60,225 bases of DNA, filler included, from Basidioascus undulatus (GCA_000826855.1; 4 parts of 4 records of this genome joined end to end with filler, not necessarily neighbours in it); one strand, 5' to 3'. Numbered from the whole stretch's first letter, positions 1 through 12,936 are shown. A program made the numbers and translations. The notes: generated by a model from the sequence alone, not told the origin.

Positions 1-105
1 CCTGTGATGGCTCACTCTCTCCCCCACCGCATCAGTTCGCAGAATGCAGCATTTCCGCTCCCCCCACCGTTACGACACTCATGATTGCTCCGATGCCACT
101 TTCAG

Positions 106-1112
106 CTTGGGAAAACCGTCGTGGAGAAGAAGAAGAAGGACGTGGACGCCGACGCGGACGACTACGTCCCCCCGGAATGGGGGACGTTCTCTGCCGAGCA
201 GTTCAACGAGCTCCCGATCGGGCGGCAGGTCCGGTACTGCCTCTCGCGCATGCGCGAGGTGATGAACGGCGAGTATGGGCCTGCGCAGAAGCGGGTGCGT
301 CGTTTCTCTGTGCTTCTACGAAAAGGCAGCGGTCTGAGTCGTTATGGTGCGGGGCGGGGCGGATGACAGCACGCCGACTTTATCGCTGGCGGGAGCAGGA
401 GGGGCAAGCTTACGAAGCAGCCTATGTTCGGGCGGTACAGCCATAAGTTGGATGCGGTGACGGATGAGCTGATGCGGTTTGCACAGGTACGTCGTGTTTC
501 TCATCCCTTCCCTTCTCTTTTGTTCTCCCTTTCCCGTTCTCCCATTAAGCTACCATAGACTGATGCCGTTCTGATGCTTGTCTCGTGGGCAGCCGCAAGA
601 CCCGGCGCTCCAGCCACAGGGCGACGCAGGCTACGGGGAGCTCAGCGGCGAGCTGGTCAACTCCGTGCGTCGTCGCTTCACACACCCCTCGTTCCGTTTT
701 CTACGCTCTGAAGCTGACTCCTCCGCGTACCCGATTGAACGACAGTACGTCACCGCCGTGCTGCTCCCCGAGGTGCTTTTCCTCTCTTCTCCCCCACCCC
801 ACTTCCCGCCCAACGGCCCTTCGCTCATCCCTCCTCTCCCGACCGCAGATGCTCCTCCAGCTCCTTATGCAGTCCGAGGACCTGCGCGCCAGCCACGCGA
901 CGGAGGACGACGCGTACGCCGCAGCGGAGCAGTGCCTCGCGGACGACGCCGCGGAGAACTGGGTCCCCGCGCTCATGGCGCACCGGGAGATGCTGCTGCG
1001 GCAGGCGGGCGGGAAGGAGAAGGATGGTGGAGATGAGGACGATGACGTCGTTTATAGCAACACGGGGAGGGTCGTCAGAAAGACGGCGGGCGCGGCGAAG
1101 AAGGGACGATAG
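106..1112 (+). CDS. Hypothetical protein, multi-exon 3' portion; 5' end unresolved or outside the window
   Basis: GT-AG exons splice in frame: ...EWGTFSAEQFNELPIGRQVRYCLSRM...QKR | HADFIAGG...LMRFAQ | PQDPAL...ELVNS | YVTAVLLPE | MLLQLLMQSEDL...KKGR* (TAG 1110-1112). GC-rich third codon positions. Family not recognised. Confidence 0.6.
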
Positions 1113-1447
1113 GCGGGGAGCGTCATCAACTTTTCTCGTCGCATCGCCTGCGGTAGGTTTGTGATGGGCGGCAGACCTTAATATATGATCAGACCACTTG
1201 GGTATTATCCAAGATACAAGATATAAGATCGGTACATATGCAATCGTGCCCATCGCTTCATGCCGAGTTTCTGCTCGCTGTCTGAAGCCCGCAATGTCAA
1301 GCTTTCAGCGCGGACCGAATGTTTGCTGCCACGGCCATTGCGTCTCGCCGGGGGGATACGAGGTCGGCGCTCCGGGTACAGACGCTAATGAAGTGTGGTC
1401 GGTTGAGCTCCAGTTCTGATCATAGCGGCATGGGTAAGTCGGACGAC

Positions 1448-2551
1448 CTACGCTGCCATGCGAGCCAGGCAGGCGGCAGAGGCGCCGCCGGCTCGGAGTT
1501 CTTCTTCTTCTCCTGCGAAAGGACGTTCAGTACGAATCTTTAGAGCTGGACCAATGTTTGATAAAAATATCAGAATCCACTCACTTTCACAGGGGGTGCA
1601 CGCGGGTTGTAGACGATCGACGGGGAGAAGCCCGGCGGCGGTGTGCCCTAACGTGCCCGGCGATGAGCATGTAAGAGCAGTCAGCCAAGGAGGGACACGC
1701 ACATAAGCCCAGCCCTCAGACTTGAAGCGGTAAAGATCAGATATCTCCCTGCGATCGTCGCTTGTCAGCTTGCCTTCCGGGAAGACGCACTGCGGACCCG
1801 GCTCACCGCTGCAGCGCACTGCCGCAAGCCTAGCTTCAGCTCGCCGCCCGCTCACCAAAACAGCAGGAGGCTGGTCCCTACCTCTTCTGCTCATGAAGCT
1901 TCTGGATCTCCGCTAGCAACCCGCGCACCCTGTTCGTGCCGCGCACCAGTCAGTAAGCGCAGCGCGGCAATCGCGATAGCATGTAGGAAGGATGCACTCG
2001 GGCATCATCTCCTGCCTGATCTCCTGGCGGATGAGAGGCTCGTTTCCAGTTGAGCGGGATAGTGGGTAGCTTGAGTTGGTTAGGGCGGCTTGGATCTCTT
2101 GGACTGTGGCGCGGTGCCTGGGTTTGATGAGCCGCAAGTGAATCAGGACAAGGTCTGGGGGGCTCGAAGAAGGGAAGGAAGATGGACTGCGCGGTGTTGT
2201 GCAGAATTACATCTGCCCGAGAGCCATCTCAGAATCACATCACCGTGGACAGGAATGCACTCACCCGATGCGACCCTCTGAAACGACCGCACCAGCTCCT
2301 GTTTCTCCCTACTCCAGCTGTCGCCTCCTGTCGTCGTACTCTTTCCCCTCATCAGCCTTATCTCTCCCAAGCAGTCTTCTTTATTGGAGCTTGTAGTCTA
2401 GCTCACCGTCTCCCCATCCCCAAGGCCCCCTCGCTGGCGCCTCCGCCCACGCCCTGAGGTTTTCCATGTGCGTCCCGAGCGCTTCGACGGTGCGTTGCTC
2501 GGAGGACGTGATGAGGCGGTCGATATGGTCAAGCGTTGGCGGGTAAGACAT
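1448..2551 (-). CDS. Possible multi-exon hypothetical gene, possibly frameshifted or degenerate
   Basis: ATG at 2551 (MSYPPTLDHIDRLITSSEQRTVEALG...) followed by GTGAG donors and coding-like exons (SWSREKQELVRSFQRVAS; LRLIKPRHRATVQEIQAAL; DDRREISDLYRFKSEGWAY). The model needs a frameshift at the C/G run near 2157-2162. 3' end uncertain. Confidence 0.3.
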
Positions 2552-3245
2552 TGCTGCTCTGTCAGGAGATTGGTTAATTGTCGTGGAATGGGTGCTCGAG
2601 GCAGGATGCGAATGTGAGAATTGCTGGGGGCAAGAGTGGGGTGGCTGTTGGAATCGTTATCGAGGCGGGCCGTCGCAGTTCCGCTGCGAAGTCCCGCTGA
2701 AGTTTTACCGTCCGCATCTCGCGTGTGAAATCAATCTTGGGCATGTTCCCGGTGCAACTGAGAATGAGGACTTCCTGGAGGACTGCAACGCCTAGCCGGC
2801 ATTGCGAAGAGTCCACGATATTACATCAAGGACATCCCCTTTATATTAGGCTTTTATTATTTCAAAGCAGCCCCATAACTCGTTCAACTACGCAAACGAA
2901 GGCGTCGCTGTGCAAAGTTAGTTCAGAACGAGGCATCGCCGCTGTACCACACTTGTCGCTTTGCTTCCTTGCAACCCGCCGACGGTTTTTCTCATGTATG
3001 GTTGTGAAGGCTTGTATCAACGTTTTCTATTAAAGCAGTCCACGCCTTCGCTGGAGTGGTCCTGCGAACAATGACTTATACGAGGTCGAACCACGGTCCC
3101 ACCGCGGACATTGCTCCCTTTGTTCAACGCTTGCGACGCGTGCTCGTGATTACGAACGCCCAAGTGTCGCAGTGTCGCCATTGTTCGCCTCGACCGGTCC
3201 CGACTGCTCCGTTCTTCGTATTTAACCTTCATTTCTAGACCGTGC

Positions 3246-6200
3246 ATGATCGGCCTCTTGCACCGCTCCCGCCACCACCAACGGCAGCCCATCGCCGCCG
3301 CAGCCTTCGCCGTCGGACGACCCCACACGCGAGCGCTGTCCGCCACTGCATCGCTTCATACAACTGAAAGCGGTGGATCGCCGTCTTCTCGAAACACCAG
3401 GAACTCTCTGTAAGCCAATTTACACCTGGAGGGGTAGATCGACCATAGTTCGAGGTGCAGGAAATGATTTGGGTGCTCATGCTGCGTCTTCTGTTTGCGT
3501 AGATTCCAACAGCCTCGCACCCTTCTCTCATCCTCTACACTCTCCTCCGCGTGCGTGTTTTTATTCCATATGCTTTCCTTATCGCGCTCCTCATTCATTC
3601 TTGCCTCAGAATGACCGCCCGCCGCCTCTCCTCCCTCGCGGCTCCCCCCGTCTCTCCCACCTCCTCACCCGCAACCCCGGCCTCCTCAACCGCCTGGCAG
3701 CCGCACCCCACCCTCCCCTGCGAGGTCTTCACCGCGCCGATCGAAAAGTCGGCCAATGACGACCGGACGTACCGCCTCGTGCGGCTCCCCAACGGCCTCG
3801 AGGCCATGCTCATCCACGACGCGCACGCAGACAAGGCTGCCGCCGCGATGGACGTCGGCGTGGGGCACCTCAGCGATCCGGACAACTTGCCGGGTCTGGC
3901 ACACTTCAACGAGCACATGCTGTTCTTGGGGACGGAGAAGTACCCGCGGGAAAACGAGTACAACGAGGTGCCTCTTCACTAGGCTCCCCACTGGCTCTAG
4001 TCCGACTCAGACTCAACCTTCTCCTCTCACAGTACTTGACGCAAAACAACGGCGAGTCCAACGCCTACACCGACATGGCCGACACGAACTTCCACTTCTC
4101 CGTCTCGCCCTTCGCGCTCGAGGGCGCGCTCGACCGCTTCGCGCAGTTCTTCATCGCGCCGCTCTTCACGCCGTCCTGCACGGAGCGCGAGGTCCGCGCC
4201 GTCGAGTCCGAGAACAAGAAGAACCTCCAGGTGGACATGTGGCGGCTATTCCAGCTCGACAAGTCGCTCGTCCGCGAGGGCCACCCGCTTGCCAAGTTTG
4301 GCACGGGCAACTGGGAGACGCTGTGGGAGACCCCGCGCCGGGAGGGACGGGATCCGAGGCAGGAGCTGATCGACTGGTACAACACGCACTTCTCGGCGAG
4401 GATCATGAAGCTCGTTGTGCTGGGGACGGGTTAGTGCAGGCGCCGGAGACATGGAGGGGTGGGGTCGCTTAGAGCGAAGGAGGCTGAGTGGGGCTGTGGG
4501 TGTGCAGATTCACTCGACGAGCTCGAGAAGATGGTCGTCGACAAGTTCTCGCCGATTCAGAACCGCGACGTACCCGCCGTGCGGTTCCCGAGCGACGCGT
4601 GGGGTGCCGAGCACATGGGGGTGCGCATTCTGTCTTTCTTCCCCCTGCCTTTCTTCCCCCTTCTCACGACATCTGCTCATCATATTCCTTATCCCCAGAG
4701 CATCGTCTCGGTCAAAACCCTCAAGGACAGCCGGGTCATGGACATCACCTTCCGTGCGTCCATCCTTCCCCTTCCCGCTTCCCTTACTCCGCTCACAACC
4801 TTCTTGCGCCTACAGCCTTCCCCGAGCAGTCCCCCCTGCACCGCACCAAACCTGGCTCCTTCCTCTCGCACCTCCTCGGTCACGAGGGCTCCGGCTCGCT
4901 CCTCTCCTACCTCAAGTCCCTCGGGCTCACCAACGGCCTCTCGGCGGGCTTCGGGCACTCCGCGCCGGGGTTCGAGTTCTTCCGTGTGACAATCGACCTC
5001 TCCGCGCACGGGCTGGCGAACTGGCCGCTCGTCTACCTCGCGACGTTCCAGTACATCCGGATGCTGCGCGAGGGCGGGCCGCTGCCCGAGTGGGCGTTCA
5101 AGGAGGTCCTCGAGCTCGCGCACATCGGGTTCAGGTTCAAGGAGAAGGGTCAGCCCGCGGGCTACGCGAGCTCCACGGCCAGGCTCATGCAGAAGCCGTA
5201 CCCGCGCGAGTGGGTCCTCAGCGGCGCGCACCTCCCCCGCGTTTGGGACGAGAAGCTCGTCCGCGAGTGCCTGGACGCGCTCGTGCCCGAGCGGAGCAGG
5301 ATCACGATCGCGAGCCGGGAGGCTGCCCCCGGGCTGGGCCAGTGGGATAAGACGGAGAAGTGGTATGGGACGGAGTATCGGGTGGACCGCATCCCGGAGG
5401 AACTGCTGCAGAAGGTGCGGTTGAGTTTAATTGCCTACCTCGTCGTGTGGGGATGCTGATTTGAACGGACGGCAATGGCAACACAGATCAAAGAAATGTC
5501 CCTCATCCCCGAGCTCCACCTCCCCAAGCCCAACGCTTTCATCCCCGAAAACTTCTTCGTCGACAAGAAGGATGTGCCCGAGGTGCGTGGCCCCTTTGTT
5601 GCCCTTCGACAGCGCAGTCGCGTACAGCAAGGCTGACTCGTGCGCGTCGGGCTAGCCCGCAAAGCGCCCGACGCTCGTGCGCGACACGGAGCTCTCCCGG
5701 CTCTGGCACAAGAAGGACGACTGGTGGTGGGTCCCGAAGGCGAATGCGATGATCAACATGCGGAAGTGCGTGACGATTCCTTCAATTGCTCCTCCCCTCT
5801 CCGCATCCTTTCAGGTGAGCGAGGCTAAACTTCGGCGCGTGTCACAGTCCTATCATCGACTCCACTGTCGAAAACGCTGTCAAGTCGCGGTGCGTCCTCA
5901 TCCCCTTCAAAACTTTTCACAGTGTGCTCATCGCTCCCCTTCCTTCTCGCTTTTAGCCTCTTCGCCGACCTCCTTACCGACGCGCTCACGGAGTACTCCT
6001 ACGACGCCGAGGTCGCGGGGCTGTCCTACCGCATCGAGGGGCACGCCGACGGCCTGCTCCTCCAGCTGGGCGGGTACGACGACAAGCTGCCGGTGCTCCT
6101 CCGCGTCGTGATCGAGAAGATCCGCGACTTTGCCGCGCACGTTGACGACAAGCGATTCGACATCATCAAGGACATGACCGTCCGCGCGTACGCCAACTTC

Positions 6201-7657
6201 CAGATGGACGCGCCGTACACGCACGCGAACGTCGCGACGTACGAGGCGACGCAGGAGATCTTCTGGGCACCGAGGAAGAAGCTCAAGGCGCTCGAGGGTT
6301 CGTCGCGCTTTGGCCTCTGTTCGAATTGGGAGTGCGCAAGACTAATATCGAGCTTGTGGGACACAGGCATCACGGCTCAGGACGTCCGCGAGTTCATCCC
6401 GCAGATCATTAGCCGCCTGTGGATCGAGGGACTCGTGCACGGCAACATCGAGCGGGAGGTAAGCCGCAATCTCTTTCCAAGCATCGGAACCTTCCTAAAA
6501 AAACAGCTGACACGTTGCTTCCGCTTGAACAGGAGGCCGTCAAGTTGATCAAGTCCGTCGAGAACATACTCAAGCCCGCGCCTCTCACGCAGGATGAGAA
6601 GCGATCGCACCGGTCGTTGCTGGTCCCGCAAGGTGCGTTGAACATCCTATCGCTTCTCATTTGGCTGAGCTCGTACATGTCTTCATTACTGAATTTGTGT
6701 CTCTTCTCGTGCAGGCGAGCGCGTCTACAACCAAACCGTCCCCAACCCGCAGCAACCGAACTCTGCAATCGAGTATTACGTCGAGGTCGGCGATGCGACG
6801 GACGCGCCGCTGCGTGCGCGCCTCGCGCTCTTCGCGCACATCGTCTCTGAGCCAGTCTTCGACGTCCTGCGGACGAAGGAGCAGCTCGGGTACCTCGTCT
6901 TCTCTGGTGCGTATTCTTAGCATCTCCCATTCTCCAGCATCCCCCTTCGCGCGGCAACTCACACTCGCACGCGTGCGCTCCCGCACAGGCGCCCGCAAGC
7001 ACATCGGCGCTATGGGCTTCCGGATCATGATCCAGAGCGAGCGGGACCCGGTCTACCTGGAGTCGCGCGTGAACGCATTCCTCGAGGCCGTCAAGACGCT
7101 CCTCGAGAACATGCCCGCCGAGGAGTTTGAGAAGCTCAAGTCGGCTCTGATCGCGAGGAAGCTTGAGAAGGCTAAGAACCTCGCACAAGAATCGTCCCGG
7201 TACTGGTTCTGGATCCACAGTGGGACGTACCACTTCTGGAAGAGTGTGTTATTTCTTTATTCCGTCTTCACGATTAGTGAATGAGGATTGACTAACCCTT
7301 GCGGCGATCTTCTCGGGCAACAGATGAGCAGGACGCCGAGCAGCTGAGGCACATCACTCGCGAAGACGTCCTCTCGTTCTTCCTCCGATACATCCACGTA
7401 AGTATCTGTCCGCCCCAGCCATGTCACCATTCGCTCACGCAAGACATCCGGTACTTTTCCTTGCGTCGTAGCCCTCTTCCACCACGCGCCACAAGCTCTC
7501 GTCGCACCTCGTCTCCCAAGCGATCAAGGAACCCGCCGCGGACGCCTCGCTCCTCGACGGCACCGAGGTCTTCGAGGACATCGATGCGTACAAGCAGGGC
7601 ACAACGCCCGGTCCATACGCCGAGCCCGTCGAGCCGCTGGATCGGTCGAAGCTCTGA
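3246..7657 (+). CDS. STE23: Insulin-degrading enzyme / Ste23-like M16A zinc metallopeptidase
   Basis: Recognisable motifs: DDRTYRLVRLPNGLEAMLIHD, DKAAAAMDVGVGHLSDP, inverted zincin HxxEH (LAHFNEHMLFLGTEKYP), ALDRFAQFFIAPLF, KFGTGN, LGHEGSGSLLSYLK, EKWYGTEY, LRTKEQLGYLV. Many GT-AG introns. Ends ...EPLDRSKL* (TGA 7655-7657). Main ATG at 3611; an upstream in-frame exon starts at ATG 3246. Confidence 0.95.
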
Positions 7658-8575
7658 GGCCAACGGATCTCCTGTTTTCCTTTTCGACAATCGAAGGAGT
7701 AGCACAACGGTCTTTTTGTCCATAGACTCAAGGTCCTCTCCGCACGTCACGCCACTCACGCATGTGATACATGTGATTTGTACTAGTTCTCGCTGTTTGC
7801 ATCGCATCCATCTTTGTTCGCAAACTCGGAGTTGCGCTTGTAGTGAATGGGTTGACGCGGGAGATCAATTATCGACACAGCGAGTGGTAGGGAGTAAAAG
7901 ATCAGGACTAGGGAGGTTTCTGGCCGCTTGCGCTCTACACAAGACGGATCACAAGCGTAGGCTAAAACGAGTCGAAGGCGGCGCCGCGGTAAAGTTCTGT
8001 AGGAAGGGACAGCGAGAGCGATTGCAGTATAGGTGAAGTTTTCTTACTGTGTGAAGTGGCGAAGCCGATAGTGAATTAAAAGAGTGAAAAGTATTTATTA
8101 ATGCAGCTCCACAGGCCGAAGAATCTGAAAGGGACTCATGCGGCCACAGCCGTCAAAGCGGTCAGCAGGATCACCTTCAGGGGGTTTATTCACACGAATG
8201 CAGCGAGTCGATTATGCGGAGCACACTGACGCACACGCATAAACTTGAAGTGAATTGTTTAAGAATGTTCGCCGGTTATGAGGAGCCTCTGATACGGCGT
8301 TGGTGACATGACCAAAGCTGAACTGCTGTCGCTTTTCACCGCCTATGCGAACAGCGACCCCGCCGCTTGCTACAGTGTCACAACCTCGTTGGAAGCTCTA
8401 TCTAGACATAAGACCTTATAAACTTCACTTCCATTCAATAAGATGAGTTCCTTCTGTGCAGACGTTGAAAAGGAGGTCTTTGGTCGCACGCGATTTGGTA
8501 GAGGTCGGCATCCGAGTATATTGCACTATTCAAGTTCCATGCATACGCACACAAACGCGGCATTATACACCCGTA

Positions 8576-9137
8576 TTAGGCACCCCCGAACGAGCACCCG
8601 ACGTTTCCATAGGCCAGCCGAATGCCGTCGTCAAGCAATCGAGCAGCGATACGCTTGATCTCGTCCTGAGTGCCCGAATACGTTTGGTCTTGCATTGCTC
8701 CTACACCTATGTGTTTCAAATTGTGGAGGTCGTGACGGCAGATGGCGCGAAACCCGTCGAAAACGTTTGAGGCATTGGCGTCAGGAATGCCGAGGCTCAA
8801 CGTAACGACCGAACGCGGCAGAGCTTTCACGAGGGACATTCAAAGAGGTGGTAAATGAACAGGTTGGTGCATCGCAGCTCTGAAGAAAGCGAAACGATAC
8901 ACGGCAAAGCACCGTCGTCATCCGTCAACAGGTTAAGCGTAAGACTGTGCAGCTGGCGGTCGTGACGCTCCAGTAGCGGCCCAGCATAGAGTCTGCACTT
9001 TGGGCTGTTGATTTCAACTTTGCGCAATGATGGGAGCCGCATCGTACGAGCAGCGAGCCAAGCGAGCTGAGGTTCACCCCCTTGTCGATGTCAGATAATG
9101 TCAACGGAAAGAGCATAAAAGCTCGAGACAGGGACAA
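8576..9137 (-). pseudogene. Degenerate leucine-rich-repeat (RNI/F-box-LRR-like) coding remnant
   Basis: LxxLxL-like segments (LPSLRKVEINS, LHSLTLNLL, VVTLSLGI, LHNLKHIGV) spread over overlapping reading frames with no clear splice sites joining them. Confidence 0.3.
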
Positions 9138-9360
9138 GAGAGGAGAGGAAGGGGAACGAGGTCAGAACATCTTCCGCGGCAGGCGACTCCCGCTTCTTAC
9201 GCCCTCGCTGGCCAGTCGAGGATGAAAGGAGCTGGAGCCCCTTCCTGCCCCGGAAGGCAAACAGAGACCCAAAGAAGAAAAAAGTGCGACCAGTGCGAGA
9301 GAAAAGCGGCCGAGCTCCGAAGGGGAGATCAGGAGAAGAGCGCGCCCCCACGGCTCAGTG

Positions 9361-9780
9361 TGGGCCCGTTAGGGCGAGCAGTGTGCGCCCCCACGCGGCG
9401 GGCCCATTAAGGCGAAAAGTGTAGCGGGCCTGTGAAGGCGAGGAGTGCAGCGGGCTCGTGAGGGCAAGGAGTGCAGCGGGGCCGGCGAGGGCAAGGTGAG
9501 CGTCGGAACGCATGCGGGCCTGTGAAGGCGAGGGGATACTGCGGGCCCGTGAGGGCGAGGGAACAAGAGAGGTACCTACACTATCAGATCGCAGCCCTGG
9601 AAGTCGTTCTGTGAAGGGAAGGACGCGTGATTGAGAAGCGGGCCCCGTGAAGGCGAGATGGCGTGCGGGCCCGTGAAGGCGAGATGAGAGGCGGGCCGGT
9701 AAGGGTCGATAGAGCAGCGGGCCTGTGAGGGCGAGAGGGAATGCGGGCAGGGCTAGAGGGGAAGTGCAGGCCCGTGAGGA
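9361..9780. repeat. GC-rich minisatellite, 26-27 nt period, core GCGGGCCCGTGAAGGCGAG
   Basis: About 13 degenerate copies starting at ~9361, 9398, 9424, 9450, 9476, 9514, 9541, 9638, 9665, 9691, 9717, 9743 and 9766. Confidence 0.85.
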
Positions 9781-10009
9781 CTAGATCCCCCGCCCGACGG
9801 CCTGTCCGGGGGAAGGAACGGTCGCCCCGGCGACGGGTTGCGCGGGAGCGGTTCCCGCCGCGGGTGAGGCCAGGACGGGAGGGAGGGCGTGAGCGAGAGC
9901 GCGAGGTTAGTGTCAGTCGAGGAGTGGTGGTCCTGCAGAACAAGGAGCGTCAGCCGTGTTCGGGAAGGAAGGGAAGGTAGAGGGCGGAGGGGAAGGGGAG
10001 GGAAGGAGG

Positions 10010-10109
10010 NNNNNNNNNNNNNNNNNNNNNNNNNNNNNNNNNNNNNNNNNNNNTTAATTAATTAANNNNNNNNNNNNNNNNNNNNNNNNNNNNNNNNNNN
10101 NNNNNNNNN
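10010..10109. other. Artificial contig-join spacer N44-TTAATTAATTAA-N44
   Basis: Exactly 100 nt. The 12-mer places stop codons in all six frames. Identical spacers at 20085 and 30191. Confidence 0.98.
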
Positions 10110-12178
10110 GGGGTCACCGAACTCGAGGACAAGCTCGCCGCCGCCACGGACGCGTCGTCCGCATCCGCGTCCAAGATCGCCGAGCTCGAGGCGACCATCT
10201 CGGCGCACGGCGACCTCGCGACGCGCGGCGCGCAGCTCGAGAACGAACTGGCCGCAGCGCAAGAGCAAGCCTCTCGCGTCGCCGAGCTCGAGCGGCAGCT
10301 GGCTGAGTCGTCCGCGCACGCCGCGCGCGTCGCCGAGCTCGAGACGCAACTCGCCGAGCTGAGCGGCACGAGCGCGACGTCGAGCGCTGCGCACGCGCAG
10401 GAGGTCAAGCTCAAGGAGGCGACGATCTCGGCGCTGCAGGCGGAGATTGCCGAGCTCGGCGCGCTCCGGGACGAGAAGGCCGGGCTCGAGGCGCGCCTCG
10501 CCGCGGCGGAGAAGAGCGTGCGCGACGGGGAGGAGGCGCGCGAGGAGCTCCGCGCGCTTAAGGACGCGCATGGCGCGCTCGTGCAGAGCGCGAAGGACGA
10601 GAGGGAGGCGCTGGAGAGCGCGAAGGGCGAGCTGGAGAAGCTCCGCGCGGAGAGCGAGGCGCTGGAGAAGATCCATGCGGCCGCGCTGGAGGAGGTCCAG
10701 GCCAAGGTGCGGGCTGCGGAGGAGGAGGTGCGTTGCGGACTTCATTCTTCCCGCTTGTTTGATGATGGTGCCGTGGCTCATGCTGATGCGATTGATGAGA
10801 TTGACCAGGCCGCGAGCAAGGCGTCGGACCACTCGGCTGCGCTGTCCGAGGCGGACGAGCGGAGGCTCAAGGAGCTTGAGGAGCTGCGGGTCGACGCAGA
10901 GCGCAAGCTAAAGGAGGCGAGGGAGGAGGAGCTCACGAAGGCGGAGGAGATCCGGAAGGAGGCGGAGAGGCTCAAGGAGCAACTCGATGTGCGTATGCGC
11001 CGCTTTTTCCCCGAGTTTCACGTCGCCAAGTGCTGACTCTTAGTGTGCCTCGCAGACCCTCGAAGCCCGTAACGCCGCGGCGCTCAAGGCCGCGTTCGAC
11101 GACGCCAAGAACGAGGCGGGGTACGCGCACTCGCTCGAGTTGCAGGAGCTGCGCGGCGAGTCGGACGAGCTCGTCAAGCAGCTACGCGCAGGTCACGCGG
11201 ACGAGCTCGCCAGCGTGCGCCGCGAGGCGGAGGCAAAGCTTGCCGACGAGGTGCGCCGGCTAGAGGGCGCGCTGCGCGAGAAGGACGTCGAGAACGGCGC
11301 GCTCCGCGGAGACCTTGGGAAGGCGCGCGAGGCGCTCGTGCAAGCTACTAAGGAGATGGAGCGGGTGAGTGCGGGTAAGGTGAGAGGGAGGGAGAGGATG
11401 CAGAATGCTGATGGGGTCTGGGCTGGGGTGCTTCGACAGCTCAACGAGGAGCACGCCAACACCAAGGCAGCGCTGGACGAGGCGCGCCAGGCCGCAGCAT
11501 CCGCGTCCGCCACCGCCGCGGGCGCGTCGCCCGCCGACGCGGAGCGTCTGGCCAAGCTCGAGAAGGAGCTCGCGAACGCGCGCGAGGAAGTCGCGTCACT
11601 GCAGGAGGTGCACACCGTTTCGTCGCAGTCGTTCGCGGACCAGTTCGAGTCGCTCCAGGCTGCGCACGCGCGCGAGCTCGAGGACTCCGCCAAGGCGCGC
11701 GTGGAGGAGACGACGCGCCTGAAGAAGGAGTGGGGGGCGACGCGCGCGCAGCTCGAGCAGGCGGCGCATGACCTCGCGCGCGATGTCGAGTCGGAGCGCG
11801 AGGCCCGCAAGCAGGCCGAGGCGAAGCTCGTTGCCGCCCGGACGTCTGCATCTACCACCCCGCCCCCCAGCCCCGGCGCGACGGAGCTCCTCCACAAGGC
11901 GCACAACGCGAAGATCGCGGAGCTCGAGGGCGAGCATGAGCGCGCGCTCAAGGGCCTGAGGGAGCAACTCGAGGAGGTCAGCAAGGAGAAGGAGGAACAC
12001 GAGATGCTTTTGCGCTTTGCGGGGAGCGAGAGTAGGTGAACTTTGGCTCTGATGCGGAGGAGTATCTCGCCGTACATGAGCTGACTTTGGGCCGTTTGAT
12101 TGGGCAGAAGAGGAGCTGGAGCAGGAGATCGCGAACCTCAAGTCTCAGCTCCACCAGCACCAGGGCGTTGCGGCGTAA
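10110..12178 (+). CDS. Long coiled-coil protein of unknown identity; 5' truncated by the gap
   Basis: Ala/Glu/Lys/Leu-rich heptad sequence (ELEDKLAAA..., AELERQLAE...). Introns at ~10728-10808, 10989-11056, ~11364-11439 and 12032-12107. Last exon KEELEQEIANLKSQLHQHQGVAA* (TAA 12176-12178). Confidence 0.8.
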
Positions 12179-12936
12179 GGACAGATACGTGCGTCGCTCG
12201 AACTCTCACCGTCCCTCATGGGTTGTCGCCGCTCACACCTCCGCTGATCGCAGAAAATCAAAAGCACACTCCTAATACTCATTTGATCATTTCGTCTTTC
12301 GTTTTCCACCTACCCGTTTTTGTTCCTTCGGCACCTCCCTCTCGTTGAACGGCATGTTGGCGCCCCAACACTTCTTCTTCGCCTTCGGCAGTTCGAACCA
12401 TCCCGCTTTTTGCCTTTGCTCTCGTTCTTGCAGTAGTGCTCGCAGACTCAGAAACATACATCGCACACTGGTTACCCACTTCACGCTCACGATCACCCCT
12501 CGCCTACTTGGTCTTACGAATCGCTGCCGGTCAAACGAATCATGCATGGTTTCCTTGTGGTTTAGCCTGGATGCCGCTCACAGTTCCGGGTTTATTGGCC
12601 GTCGTGGAATGGTGACTTGCAGCAAGCGAGCACGTTCGACAGCACTGTAGATATGCCGCATGCATCGCTCAACAAACCAGCTGCACGTGGCTTACGACTT
12701 CTTGAAGCTGGTTCATGTGCATAGAATTTTAATCATCAAATGTGACAATGTGACAGTCTGACCAAGTCTGACTGGAAAACGCAGACATCCGATCCGGCGT
12801 CCCGGCAGCACTGACATTGCAGTTGCTCACCATCGCGTCGACGCCCACGCCCCTCCTTCGAAAGATCGCTAGTTGTACATATAGCTGTCCATGTGGGGTT
12901 TCAGGACTACAGTATCATGCCATGCCGAGTTGCTCA

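Noticed and set aside
9361..9780. Repeat array as a CRISPR
   Set aside because: Repeats are degenerate, the intervening parts are only ~7 nt, no cas genes are present, and the context is eukaryotic.
10054..10065. TTAATTAATTAA as a biological motif (piggyBac TTAA target or PacI site)
   Set aside because: It is centred in exactly 44+44 Ns three times, so it is an assembly linker.
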